Shown here in pieces: positions 21,884 through 34,762 of a stretch of DNA of 64,000 nucleotides (position 1 is the stretch's first letter; every line of letters begins with the position of its first letter). The DNA is from Coraliomargarita sp. (GTDB lineage Bacteria; Verrucomicrobiota; Verrucomicrobiia; Opitutales; Coraliomargaritaceae). The translations under genes and the position numbers were made by a program. The stretch is taken from assembly GCA_965216325.1 (NCBI GenBank), contig OZ244160.1, positions 76,813 to 140,812 on the forward strand, given 5' to 3'. Under the pieces are notes generated by a model, which was given only the letters and a program-made list of their open reading frames with translations, was not told the origin of the DNA and did no database searches.

Positions 21884-23644
21884 GTGTTCACTGCTGCCGA
21901 AAAGCAAGAGTTAGTTCTTGAAGGTATTGCCGCATCGCCAGGCGTTGCGCATGGCACTGCCTTCGTGTATCTACAAAAGAAGTTGGATGTTCCTTGCTAC
22001 GATATTGCGGATGGAGTGGATACGGAGATCGAGCGTTTTGATCAGGCAATTTTAGAGACCCGAGCCCAGATTACGGAAGTTCGTAATAAGATCGCGAACT
22101 CACTCGGGGAAGGGGAGGCGCACATTTTTGATGCGCATTTGTTGGTGCTGGAGGATAGTGCACTCATTGAGGAAGTGATTTCCGAGCTCCGTAATACCGG
22201 CAAGAACATTGAGTTTTGCTATAATAAGGTCGCGCAGCGTTACATTTCGTTCTTCAGTTCGATGGAGGATGAATATCTGAAAGAACGTGTTGCCGATATT
22301 CAGGATGTTTCACGCCGTTTACTGCATAACTTGATTGGCATGCAGGAGGCCGACTTGGGCCAGCTTGCCCACAACAGCATTATTGTTTCCGAGGATATCA
22401 CACCATCGGAAACTGCAGACTTGGATCGCACTAAGTTGCTAGCATTTGTGACCGATGCAGGTGGCAAAACGAGTCACTCAGTGATCATGGCGCGTTCGCT
22501 TCGCATTCCAGCGGTCGTTGGTTTGCATGATGCGACTAAGCAACTGAAGACAGGTGATGAGATTATTGTCGATGGCCATGAAGGTTTAATCATCGTTAAT
22601 CCGACTGAAGAGCGTCTATTTACATACGGTAAGCTCGCTTCTGAGCGTGAGAAGCGTGATGCGATTATTCACTCGGTTTTGCCGGAACCAAGTTGCACGG
22701 TTGATGGCGAGAGCATCCGTTTAATGGCGAACGTCGAATGTGCGGCTGAGATGGACCACGTTCAGAAGATGAACGCTGAAGGTGTTGGTTTGTTTCGGAC
22801 CGAGGGGATTTTTCTGCGCCACCACGGCTATCCTCCAGAAGCAGTCCAGTATGAGGAGTATATGGCGGTTGCGAAAGCAGCGGGTGAGCATCCTGTTATT
22901 ATTCGCACCTTGGACATTGGTGGTGATAAGACCATTGATGACGGTAAGGATGGCAAAGAGGACAACTCTTTTATGGGCTTCCGGGCGATCCGCTTTTGCC
23001 TAGAGAATCTGGATATCTTTAAGACACAGTTGCGAGCGATCTTACGCGCCAGTGCACATGGTAACGTGAAGATCATGTATCCGATGATCAGTGGTCTCGC
23101 CGAGCTCCGTAAAGCAAATGAGGTGCTTGAATCCGTGAAGGTCGAGCTGCGTGAGCTTGGGCATGGGTTTAACGAAGACATCGAAGTCGGTGCGATGGTT
23201 GAAGTTCCCAGTGCGGCGATTGTGGTCGATCTTCTGGCAAAGGAATGCGACTTTTTGAGTATTGGAACGAACGATTTAATCCAATACTTGATGGCGGTAG
23301 ATCGCCTCAATGACCGCGTTGCGCACCTCTATGAACCTGCACATCCTGCTGTGATCCGGACGCTCAAGACTATTATTGATGGTGGTAATGCAGCGGGAAT
23401 ACCAGTGAGTATTTGTGGTGAAGTTGGAGGTGATCCGATCTATGCCAGCCTAATCTTGGGTATGGGCGCGGACTCAATCAGTCTTACTTCGGGTATGTTG
23501 CCGGAAGTGAAGTATTTTATCCGCAAAATGAAGGCTGCCGATGCGCGTGCTCTAGTTGATGAAGTGTTGAGCATCGCTGAGCCTGAAGTGATCTTGCAGC
23601 GCTTACGTGAGTTCCATTCCGAAACGATTGGCGAGTTAGTTTAG
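21884..23644 (+). CDS. ptsI: PTS enzyme I (PEP-protein phosphotransferase)
   Basis: GGKTSHS phospho-His, GLFRTE, RTLDIGGDK, SIGTNDLIQY, ICGE. Confidence 0.96.
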   Translation: MFTAAEKQELVLEGIAASPGVAHGTAFVYLQKKLDVPCYDIADGVDTEIERFDQAILETRAQITEVRNKIANSLGEGEAHIFDAHLLVLEDSALIEEVISELRNTGKNIEFCYNKVAQRYISFFSSMEDEYLKERVADIQDVSRRLLHNLIGMQEADLGQLAHNSIIVSEDITPSETADLDRTKLLAFVTDAGGKTSHSVIMARSLRIPAVVGLHDATKQLKTGDEIIVDGHEGLIIVNPTEERLFTYGKLASEREKRDAIIHSVLPEPSCTVDGESIRLMANVECAAEMDHVQKMNAEGVGLFRTEGIFLRHHGYPPEAVQYEEYMAVAKAAGEHPVIIRTLDIGGDKTIDDGKDGKEDNSFMGFRAIRFCLENLDIFKTQLRAILRASAHGNVKIMYPMISGLAELRKANEVLESVKVELRELGHGFNEDIEVGAMVEVPSAAIVVDLLAKECDFLSIGTNDLIQYLMAVDRLNDRVAHLYEPAHPAVIRTLKTIIDGGNAAGIPVSICGEVGGDPIYASLILGMGADSISLTSGMLPEVKYFIRKMKAADARALVDEVLSIAEPEVILQRLREFHSETIGELV

Positions 23645-23752
23645 TCTCCGCTTCGGGCATCTTATCGTTCAGGTGCCTATCTCGAAGATAAGGCGGTCTA
23701 AAGGAGATTCGGATACTTTGACATTATTGTTTGGAGTCCCAAGCTGCGAGGC

Positions 23753-24739
23753 ATGACGAAGGATTCCATCGAAACTATGCTACTGGAACTCACTGGCGCA
23801 AATGCGTTGGGGGAGCAGACCGTGTTGCAGAGCTTGTGGAGTGGCTATGGTTCGATCGTGCGCTATTCACTCAAGGGCGCCGAGTTGCCGAGTGTGGTTG
23901 TGAAGCATGTTTCGCCTCCAACAATTGCAGACCATCCTCGAGGCTGGAATTCGGATTTGTCGCATCAACGCAAGCTACAGTCTTACGCAGTCGAAACTGC
24001 GTGGTATCAGGACTATGCTGCTCTGTGCGGAGTGAATTGCCGAGTTCCACAGTGCTACACGGTCGAATCTTCGGGCGATGAAGTGGTCATGGTGCTGGAG
24101 GATCTGGATGCCGCAGGCTATGCGCTACGACACACACAGATTGATGAAACTGGTGTGCTTGCCTGCTTGCGCTGGCTGGCGAATTTTCATGCATGTTTTC
24201 TGAGGCAGCGACCGGACAATCTATGGGAGGTCGGGACCTATTGGCATTTGAACACTCGGCCGGATGAGCTGAAAATCTTGGCGGTTGAAGATCCTGAACT
24301 GTGTGCAGCTGCTGAGAAGTTGGATTCGAGACTGAATGCCGCCCAATATCAGACCTTCGTGCATGGTGATGCCAAGCTGGCAAATTTCTGTTTTTCGTCG
24401 AAGGGCGACACGGTTGCTGCGGTAGATTTTCAGTATGTCGGCGGTGGTTGCGGCATGAAGGATGTCGCTTACTTCTTAGGTAGTTGCTTGAGCGAGAAGG
24501 AATGTGAGTGGCTAGAAGGTGAGTTGCTGGATGCATACTTTTCGTTTTTGAAGCAGGCAGTTGGCAAGCGTAGTGACTCTGTGGATACGGATGCATTGGA
24601 AGCGGAGTGGCGTGCCTTGTATCCGGTCGCATGGACCGACTTCCATCGTTTCCTCAAAGGTTGGAGTCCAGGGCACTGGAAGATCAATAGTTATAGCGAA
24701 CGTCTGGCGCGTGAGGTTGTCTCCAATTTGAAGTTGTAG
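23753..24739 (+). CDS. APH/choline-kinase-like phosphotransferase (EcKinase-like)
   Basis: [10 protein letters not shown] and VDFQYVG kinase motifs. Confidence 0.85.
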   Translation: MTKDSIETMLLELTGANALGEQTVLQSLWSGYGSIVRYSLKGAELPSVVVKHVSPPTIADHPRGWNSDLSHQRKLQSYAVETAWYQDYAALCGVNCRVPQCYTVESSGDEVVMVLEDLDAAGYALRHTQIDETGVLACLRWLANFHACFLRQRPDNLWEVGTYWHLNTRPDELKILAVEDPELCAAAEKLDSRLNAAQYQTFVHGDAKLANFCFSSKGDTVAAVDFQYVGGGCGMKDVAYFLGSCLSEKECEWLEGELLDAYFSFLKQAVGKRSDSVDTDALEAEWRALYPVAWTDFHRFLKGWSPGHWKINSYSERLAREVVSNLKL

Positions 24740-24769
24740 GGGCTTTCACATCGAATATTTGATTTAACT

Positions 24770-25642
24770 ATGAAGCTTAGCACAGAGAGTCTTTCAGAGT
24801 TAGCGGATGTTGCAGAGCAGGCGGCCCGCGAGGCGGGGGCTTTGATTGCCAGTTATCGTGAGCGTGAAGTGAAGGTGCTTCATAAAGAGACTGGTGATAC
24901 TTTGGCGTCACAGGTCGTCACGGAAGTGGATGACTTAGCCCAAACGCTAATTTTGAAACATCTTCAGCCGAGTATCCAAAGCAATGACTTAGCCTTGTTG
25001 ACCGAAGAGTCGGAGGATAATGGCAGTCGTCATGCGAAAGAGGCCTTTTGGTGTATCGACCCAATGGATGGCACCTTGCCGTTTACGCAAGGGATTCCTG
25101 GCTACTCCGTTTCGATCGCCTTGGTGGCTCGAGATGGGACTCCTTTGATTGGTGTCGTGTATGACCCGGTAAAGGAGAAATTGTATCGAGCGGTCGCTGG
25201 GCAGGGGATAGAGATTGATGGGCAAGTTTGGACGTCGAAACTAGAGCACTCGTTGGAGCTCAGTTTCTACTGCGATTGCACCTTTGATGCTCATCCCGAA
25301 CGCGACGCAATTGTTGCGGATATGGAAGCGTTTGCACAGGAGCAGGGCTATTCTGGGTTGGCCATCAAGGTTGGTGGGGGCGGTGTGCTCAATGCTTGCT
25401 GGGTGCTCGAGCGTCCACCAGCGATTTATTTCAAACGGCCCAAGATTCAAGTTGGGGGCGGTTCGATCTGGGATTTTGCGGCTACGGCCTGCCTGTTCCA
25501 TGAGGCGGGGCTAGCTGCGACTGACTTTAATGGAGCACCCCTCGACCTAAACCGAGCCGAGTCGACCTTTATGAACCACCGCGGAGTGTGCTATGCGACC
25601 GATGTCATGCTTGCAGAGGCCTTACGAAACTGGAGCGCTTAG
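24770..25642 (+). CDS. Inositol monophosphatase/CysQ family phosphatase
   Basis: TEE, WCIDPMDGT, WDFAA motifs. Confidence 0.88.
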   Translation: MKLSTESLSELADVAEQAAREAGALIASYREREVKVLHKETGDTLASQVVTEVDDLAQTLILKHLQPSIQSNDLALLTEESEDNGSRHAKEAFWCIDPMDGTLPFTQGIPGYSVSIALVARDGTPLIGVVYDPVKEKLYRAVAGQGIEIDGQVWTSKLEHSLELSFYCDCTFDAHPERDAIVADMEAFAQEQGYSGLAIKVGGGGVLNACWVLERPPAIYFKRPKIQVGGGSIWDFAATACLFHEAGLAATDFNGAPLDLNRAESTFMNHRGVCYATDVMLAEALRNWSA

Positions 25643-26154
25643 CGATTCCAGGGCATCTTGGCCAACATGAGGCCCATGCCACAGGTGTCGGTCATGCCGG
25701 CGAAAATGAGCCCAGCGCCCACGAAGGCGGAAATGCCGAGGAAGCCAGTATGCACACTGAGTCCGAGAATGACTCCAACTAAGACTAGGCTTCCGGCGGC
25801 TATACGCACCTGTCGCTCGATCGACATGCAGCGTTCACCGTATTCGATATCTACACCAGCTTGTATGGCTGCGTCCGTTCCGCCTTCGATCACATACAGG
25901 TTAGGGTGGCCTGCTTTCGAGAGTTTGGTTGCAGCGAGTGCGGCGCGTTTGCCGCTTTGGCAGAGAATGTAGACCGGGAAATCCAAGTCGTTCTCTGCAC
26001 AGAATGCGTCTGCGTCCAATTGGTCCAAGGGGCTTAGTTCGGCACCAACGACATGAGCCGCTTTGAACTCTGCGGGGGAGCGCACATCAATCACAGTGTG
26101 ACCATCGTTTATAAGAGCAGGGAGTTGTTTCGCGGCAATCGTATTAAAACTCAT
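25639..26154 (-). CDS. Rhodanese domain protein with YgaP-like C-terminal TM (DUF2892)
   Basis: DVRSPAEF, CQSGKRA, IERQVRIAAG...TDTCGMGLMLAKMPWN. Confidence 0.88.
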   Translation of the reverse strand: MSFNTIAAKQLPALINDGHTVIDVRSPAEFKAAHVVGAELSPLDQLDADAFCAENDLDFPVYILCQSGKRAALAATKLSKAGHPNLYVIEGGTDAAIQAGVDIEYGERCMSIERQVRIAAGSLVLVGVILGLSVHTGFLGISAFVGAGLIFAGMTDTCGMGLMLAKMPWNR

Positions 26155-26264
26155 GCTCAGGATACTATTCAACCGCTCGGTGAATTCAAGACTTGGCGCG
26201 CAATCATCAGCCGCTTTAATCGCGCTCTTCAGTTTTTCAACGATCACCGTCAATACATACGCAT

Positions 26265-27815
<1,551 letters not shown>

Positions 27816-27836
27816 TCTGCATTATAGATTTCTAAC

Positions 27837-27870
27837 AAAAAGGCCGGGCAAGGATGTTCGGCCTTTTTTT
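27837..27870 (+). terminator. Rho-independent terminator after purH
   Basis: aaaaaggccgggca-agga-tgttcggccttttttt. Confidence 0.8.
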
Positions 27871-28082
27871 GCGTGCGACACAGGCATTCCTGTCTGTGTG
27901 AGTCAGTGAGTTACAAACATTGCCCTTTTCTGGTAGAACCCTTTTTCAGTGGCAGTTCCTTGGTGATCGCTTGCGTGGGGTATACAATTAAAAAACAAAT
28001 AACAGTTCTGTTCCCTTGGTGTTTTTTGTGTTTGGTTAGGGCTATTGAAACCATTTCCTAATACTTTTCAGCTAACACTAGC

Positions 28083-28919
28083 ATGAAACTGCTCCACGTA
28101 TTCTTCCTTTTTCTCGGCTTTGTTTGTTTCGCGAGCCTATATGCGGAGTCAGCCCATCCCTTGGTCGGAGTGACCCAAGAGGTTATTGTCGAACGATTTG
28201 GAATGCCCACGAACTCACTCTCGAGCAGCACGAAGACGATTCTAAATTACCCGCAGGGACGGATTACGCTAAAGCAGGGGCAAGTTACCGACGTGTCGGG
28301 GCAGTTTGCATTCGATCCCTCCAAGCCGCCTGCGCTGAAAAATACAACGACGAGCGTCCAGTCCGAGGCACCACCCGCTAGGACTGTAGAGGCGCCAGCA
28401 CCTGTGGCTGAGAAGCCAAGAGTTGTGGAGACAGAGACCCCGAAGAGTTTTAGATGGAGTGTAATGCTAGCGGATGCTCAAAGAAGATCAGAAGCGAGTG
28501 GCTTACCCATCCTTGTTCTATTCACTGGGCCAGATTGGTGCCCGCCTTGCATACAGCTAGAGAAAGAGGTTCTTCCACGTAAAGAGTTCCAAAATTATGT
28601 TCGCACCAATTTCATTCCGCTCAAAGTCGCGCTTTTTCGCCGCTCGCCACAGAGCCCAGCCAGTAAAGCTCAATACGAGTCGATGGCCGCTCAGTATGGT
28701 GTGAATGGAGTACCTGCATTTATCATTATCTCGGCGGATGGAACACTCCTTAGTGAACCAGACATCTGGAAGCAACACTCCGGCGCAAAGAATCGAGAGC
28801 AACAGATCATCGCCGCGATTCAAGCCGCCGATGGCGGATTGGCCGGAGCCAAATCCTACCTGAAGATCGCACTGGGCTTAGTGCTGGTGATCGTGCTAAT
28901 TCGAGCCATTCGAAAATAA
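28083..28919 (+). CDS. Exported thioredoxin-fold protein with C-terminal TM anchor
   Basis: Signal peptide, Pro-rich linker, FTGPDWCPPC, C-terminal hydrophobic segment. Confidence 0.85.
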   Translation: MKLLHVFFLFLGFVCFASLYAESAHPLVGVTQEVIVERFGMPTNSLSSSTKTILNYPQGRITLKQGQVTDVSGQFAFDPSKPPALKNTTTSVQSEAPPARTVEAPAPVAEKPRVVETETPKSFRWSVMLADAQRRSEASGLPILVLFTGPDWCPPCIQLEKEVLPRKEFQNYVRTNFIPLKVALFRRSPQSPASKAQYESMAAQYGVNGVPAFIIISADGTLLSEPDIWKQHSGAKNREQQIIAAIQAADGGLAGAKSYLKIALGLVLVIVLIRAIRK

Positions 28920-29065
28920 TTTGATGGGGTATAAGTGTTGGGTACGAGTCTTCGAAAGCATTTGCGCTTGGTTGCCTAGATATCCGAAGATGTCATATCC
29001 GGCACCCGGACTCCTTTTCATGCTTGTTTCGCGGGGAGAAGCTGTTTTCTTTGCGCGTTTCTATT

Positions 29066-30877
<1,812 letters not shown>

Positions 30878-30906
30878 GCCTCGCAAAACGAATTACTTTT
30901 CGACTG

Positions 30907-30934
30907 GAACCCGGAGCCTGCTCCGGGTTTCTTT
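30907..30934 (+). terminator. Rho-independent terminator after aspS
   Basis: aacccggag-cctg-ctccgggtt hairpin followed by tcttt. Confidence 0.7.
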
Positions 30935-30983
30935 GTATACATTACTTATTTTTAATTAAGAAGAACTAGCAGCTGTTGTTTTT

Positions 30984-31051
30984 ACTACGAAAGTCGCGAA
31001 AGCTTCTCTAAACGTAATCTATGGTTTCGCGTTATTCGCGTCTTTCGTAGT
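30984..31051. repeat. Inverted 9-nt-period array (CGCGAA core)
   Basis: actacgaaagtcgcgaaag ... tttcgcgttattcgcgtctttcgtagt. Confidence 0.7.
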
Positions 31052-31070
31052 TAATTTCAGTTTCAGTTAG

Positions 31071-32930
31071 ATGCGCCAATTTCTACTTATCCTCAGTCTA
31101 GCCACTGCAGTCCCAGTGATCGCCGAGAGCGAAGTGGGCAATTTCACGCCAAGTGCACCTGTGTATGATTTTCGTCTGCCACGTTTTGGAGAGAGTGGTT
31201 ATACGGAATGGGTTTTGCGTGGAACTGAGGGGCATTATGACAGCCCGCAGCAGATTCGTGTGAAAGGCATGGCGCTGCGCATTTACTCAGGTGATGAGAA
31301 GATGGCGCAGGAGCTATCCATGGATAGTCCCGAAGCGACGATTCTAACTGAGAAAAACCGCGCAGTCTCGGATAGTGCGATTGAGATTATCGGCGCGAAT
31401 TTCAAGATTTCCGGATTGGGGTGGAATTGGGATGGCAACACCAAGGAGATCCGTGTGCTGGCGTATACCAAGGTCGAGTTTACGCAAAGTATCGCAGCGA
31501 GTTTAACGGAGGTGAGTCCGACAGCGCCTGAAGATGGTGGACATACTGAGATCTACAGTGAGAGCTTGGTGCTGCGCACCAGCGAGATGGGCTATGCGTT
31601 CGAATTTACGAATGATGTGCGTGTGGTCTCTGACGAGATGGATCTAAGCAGCCAGACTTTGATTGTCTTGGCTGATGGGCCTGAGGGGCGTGATGAAAAG
31701 ATGAAGGCTCCGGACGCTTCGACCACGAAGCTGGAAGCGGTGCGTCAGGTGATCGCACGTGGCGATGTAGTGATCAAGCAGGAGCAACATACCGTGCGTG
31801 CTGGCGAAGCTGACTTCTTCCCGCGTGAGCAGGCATCCACACTGACTGGGCTGCCGCAGGTTGAATTGCCGGGTGCATTTATTAGCGGTGCGACGATCCG
31901 CACTCGCGAGGGGCGCGTGTTGATTACCGGAGATGAGGTTGCTGGACGTGCGCAGATGATTCTGACGCAGACAGGAGGCCTGGGGATTCAAGGCGCGTCC
32001 TCATTGAGCGAGCAGACCATTGTGCTGGCTGACAAGATTTTGATGCGAGAACTGGAGGCTGAGAACAAATTCTTTTTCGAGGGCAATGTCGATGTGATGT
32101 CCGGTGCGCTCCAGCTGAAGTCGGATACGCTCACAGTTTTAGCGCGTAAGGCAGCTGAATCTGCAGGTTCGGAAGATGAATCGCTTAAGGTCGGCGAAGT
32201 GCATGATATGTTGGCTGAGGGGAGTGTGCGCATTGAGCAGGACGGCCAGATCGTGAATGCTGAAAAAGTGCGTTTCTTCCCGCTCGAAGAACGTGCACAT
32301 CTGACAGGTAGCCCGACTGTATCGAATGGCGAGTCGGTGATTTCTGGGCAAAGCATTGACCTGGTGCCGGGCAAGGCGATCGTGAATGGCTCAGCGAGCG
32401 AGCGAGTCGTGGTCATTCTACCAGTGATGCCTGACTTGGGTTACAAGCCGAGTTTCATTCCATCCACGACGGAGGACACTGAAGCCTCAGAGGCGGTCGA
32501 AGAGTCCGAAACAATCGTGAAGAGCCGTATCGTTGAGATGTTGGAAGATCCGGAGAACACTCGCTTCATTTTTAAACAAGATGTGGAGGTACTTGGCACG
32601 AATTTGAAGACCACCTGTGACCGCCTCGATGTAACTGCGCGTGAAGTTGCCAGCGGCCCGGAGACTGGACAGTTGGATGTCGAAACGATCGAAGCCATCG
32701 ACAACGTCATCATCCATCAGGGCGAGCGCGTCGCTACTACCGACAAGGCGATCATCCTTCCGAAGGAGGGTAAGCTGACACTTGAAGGCAATGCAGTTGT
32801 CAAAAATCCGCAGGGCACAGTTAAGGGGCATCGCGTGACGCTCTATCAAGGCGAACGCCGAGCTGTCGTCGAGGGCGATAAGTCCCAGGGCGATGGTCGT
32901 GCCAAGATCACACTCCCAATGCCGGAGTAG
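31071..32930 (+). CDS. LptC-like domain fused to three tandem LptA/OstA beta-jellyroll domains
   Basis: Directly upstream of lptB; three internal repeats of F.x.DV.V...L....L.V / A.G.V.I.Q....A..A.F.P....LTG.P.V. Confidence 0.8.
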   Translation: MRQFLLILSLATAVPVIAESEVGNFTPSAPVYDFRLPRFGESGYTEWVLRGTEGHYDSPQQIRVKGMALRIYSGDEKMAQELSMDSPEATILTEKNRAVSDSAIEIIGANFKISGLGWNWDGNTKEIRVLAYTKVEFTQSIAASLTEVSPTAPEDGGHTEIYSESLVLRTSEMGYAFEFTNDVRVVSDEMDLSSQTLIVLADGPEGRDEKMKAPDASTTKLEAVRQVIARGDVVIKQEQHTVRAGEADFFPREQASTLTGLPQVELPGAFISGATIRTREGRVLITGDEVAGRAQMILTQTGGLGIQGASSLSEQTIVLADKILMRELEAENKFFFEGNVDVMSGALQLKSDTLTVLARKAAESAGSEDESLKVGEVHDMLAEGSVRIEQDGQIVNAEKVRFFPLEERAHLTGSPTVSNGESVISGQSIDLVPGKAIVNGSASERVVVILPVMPDLGYKPSFIPSTTEDTEASEAVEESETIVKSRIVEMLEDPENTRFIFKQDVEVLGTNLKTTCDRLDVTAREVASGPETGQLDVETIEAIDNVIIHQGERVATTDKAIILPKEGKLTLEGNAVVKNPQGTVKGHRVTLYQGERRAVVEGDKSQGDGRAKITLPMPE

Positions 32931-32990
32931 GCGTAAAATTCGTCAGGATTGGTTTGCGATACGACTCTGCGCTGCTTTTGATTGAAAAAT

Positions 32991-33731
32991 ATGAACGAAG
33001 CTTCAGCCCCTCCGAGAATTGAGACACGCGACTTGGTGCGCGATTTTGGCAAGCGCCGCGTGGTCAATGGTGTCAATATAAACGTAACCGCAGGGGAAAT
33101 CGTCGGCTTGCTGGGGCCCAATGGTGCCGGTAAGACCACTACATTCTACATGGTGGTTGGTCTGATTCCGGCGACGCAGGGTAAGGTCTTTCTCGATGAC
33201 GATGATCTGACGCCGTTGCCGATGTATCGTCGTGCGCGCCGTGGAATCGGTTATCTGCCACAGGAAGCATCGATTTTCCGCAAGATGACTGTGGAGCAGA
33301 ACATCCGTGCTGTCGCGGAGACGTTGCCGCTGAGCAAAGCTGAACGCAAGGCCTGCATTGAAGAGCATTTGGAAGAGCTGGGGCTGACGCACCTAGCAAA
33401 GCAAAAAGCCTACACGCTCAGTGGTGGCGAGCGCCGTCGCTTAGAGATTTCTCGTGCACTGGTGACACAGCCTAAGTTCCTGTTGATGGATGAGCCGTTT
33501 AGCGGGGTGGATCCGATCAGCGTGAGCGAAGTGCAGAAGATTATCGTGCAGCTCAAAGATCGGGGCATCGGCGTGTTGATCACTGATCACAATGTGCGTG
33601 AAACGCTGCAGATCGTGGATCGAGCCTATTTGCTCCACCAGGGCAAGGTTCTGGCTGAGGGAAGTAGCGACTTTCTGGTTAATGATCCGCAGAGCCGCGA
33701 GTTCTATCTCGGCGAAGATTTTAATATGTAG
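32991..33731 (+). CDS. lptB: LPS export ABC transporter ATPase
   Basis: GPNGAGKTTTFYM, YLPQEASIF, LSGGERRR, DEPFSGVDP, ITDHNVRE. Confidence 0.96.
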   Translation: MNEASAPPRIETRDLVRDFGKRRVVNGVNINVTAGEIVGLLGPNGAGKTTTFYMVVGLIPATQGKVFLDDDDLTPLPMYRRARRGIGYLPQEASIFRKMTVEQNIRAVAETLPLSKAERKACIEEHLEELGLTHLAKQKAYTLSGGERRRLEISRALVTQPKFLLMDEPFSGVDPISVSEVQKIIVQLKDRGIGVLITDHNVRETLQIVDRAYLLHQGKVLAEGSSDFLVNDPQSREFYLGEDFNM

Positions 33732-33771
33732 GGCACAAATCCCCCCGTCCATTTTCTACTGACCTTCCATC

Positions 33772-34740
33772 ATGCCCAAACAAGTAAAAAGCAAAACCAC
33801 TTTTGTTGAAGCCGTCTCGGTTCGTGAGTTCTTCGAATCCTTTAAGGAGCCACTTTCGCTCGAGCTGGTCGCCGGTGAGGCAGGTTTGGATAAGACCATT
33901 CGCGAACGTAGTTTGAATCGTCCCGCCTTGGCGCTGACGGGCTATTTCCGTTATTTTGCGACCAAGCGCATCCAGCTATTTGGTGCTGGTGAAATGGCAT
34001 TTCTGCGTGATTTGGACGAAGAGGAGGAGCACCGTGTGATGACGGAGATTCTGAAACGAAATGTGCCCTGTCTGGTGATTTCGCGCCACTTGTTGCCGAC
34101 GAAGATCATGAAAAAGTTGGCGGATGAGTATGGCACGCCATTGATCCGTACCTCTCTCAAGTCGAAGACGCTGATAACCGAAGCAACTTTGCTGCTGGAG
34201 GATAAATTTGCGCCTCGCACACATATGCATGGCACCTTGTTGGATGTGCGTGGTGTGGGCACCCTGATTTGCGGTGAGAGTGGGGTTGGTAAGAGTGAGT
34301 GTGCGCTGGCACTGATTGAGCGTGGCCATAGTTTGGTTGCTGACGACCTGACCTATATCAAGCGTCTGAGTGACCGCGAATTGATGGGCACATCCTCGGA
34401 GTTGAGTCGCGGATATATGGAGTGTCGTGGCCTGGGCATCATCAATATCGCAGATCTGTTTGGTGTGCGCTCGGTGCGTCTGCAAAAACGTATCGACTTA
34501 GTGATTAACTTTATCGCATGGACCAAAGGCATGCATGAAGAGCGCACTGGCCTCGAGGGCAAAACGCTTGAGATCTTGGGCCTACCCGTTGAGATTATGG
34601 AGATCCCGGTTCGCCCCGGGCGCGATATGGCGCGCTTGGTGGAAGTGGCTTCCATGGTGCATGCACTCAAAAACATGGGGCATGATTCCGCTGCGGAATT
34701 TAACGAAAAGTTGATCGCCCATATGGGTGGGGGCAACTAG
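33772..34740 (+). CDS. hprK: HPr(Ser) kinase/phosphorylase
   Basis: [32 protein letters not shown]. Confidence 0.96.
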   Translation: MPKQVKSKTTFVEAVSVREFFESFKEPLSLELVAGEAGLDKTIRERSLNRPALALTGYFRYFATKRIQLFGAGEMAFLRDLDEEEEHRVMTEILKRNVPCLVISRHLLPTKIMKKLADEYGTPLIRTSLKSKTLITEATLLLEDKFAPRTHMHGTLLDVRGVGTLICGESGVGKSECALALIERGHSLVADDLTYIKRLSDRELMGTSSELSRGYMECRGLGIINIADLFGVRSVRLQKRIDLVINFIAWTKGMHEERTGLEGKTLEILGLPVEIMEIPVRPGRDMARLVEVASMVHALKNMGHDSAAEFNEKLIAHMGGGN

Positions 34741-34762
34741 CAGTGGAGCAATACGACCAGTC

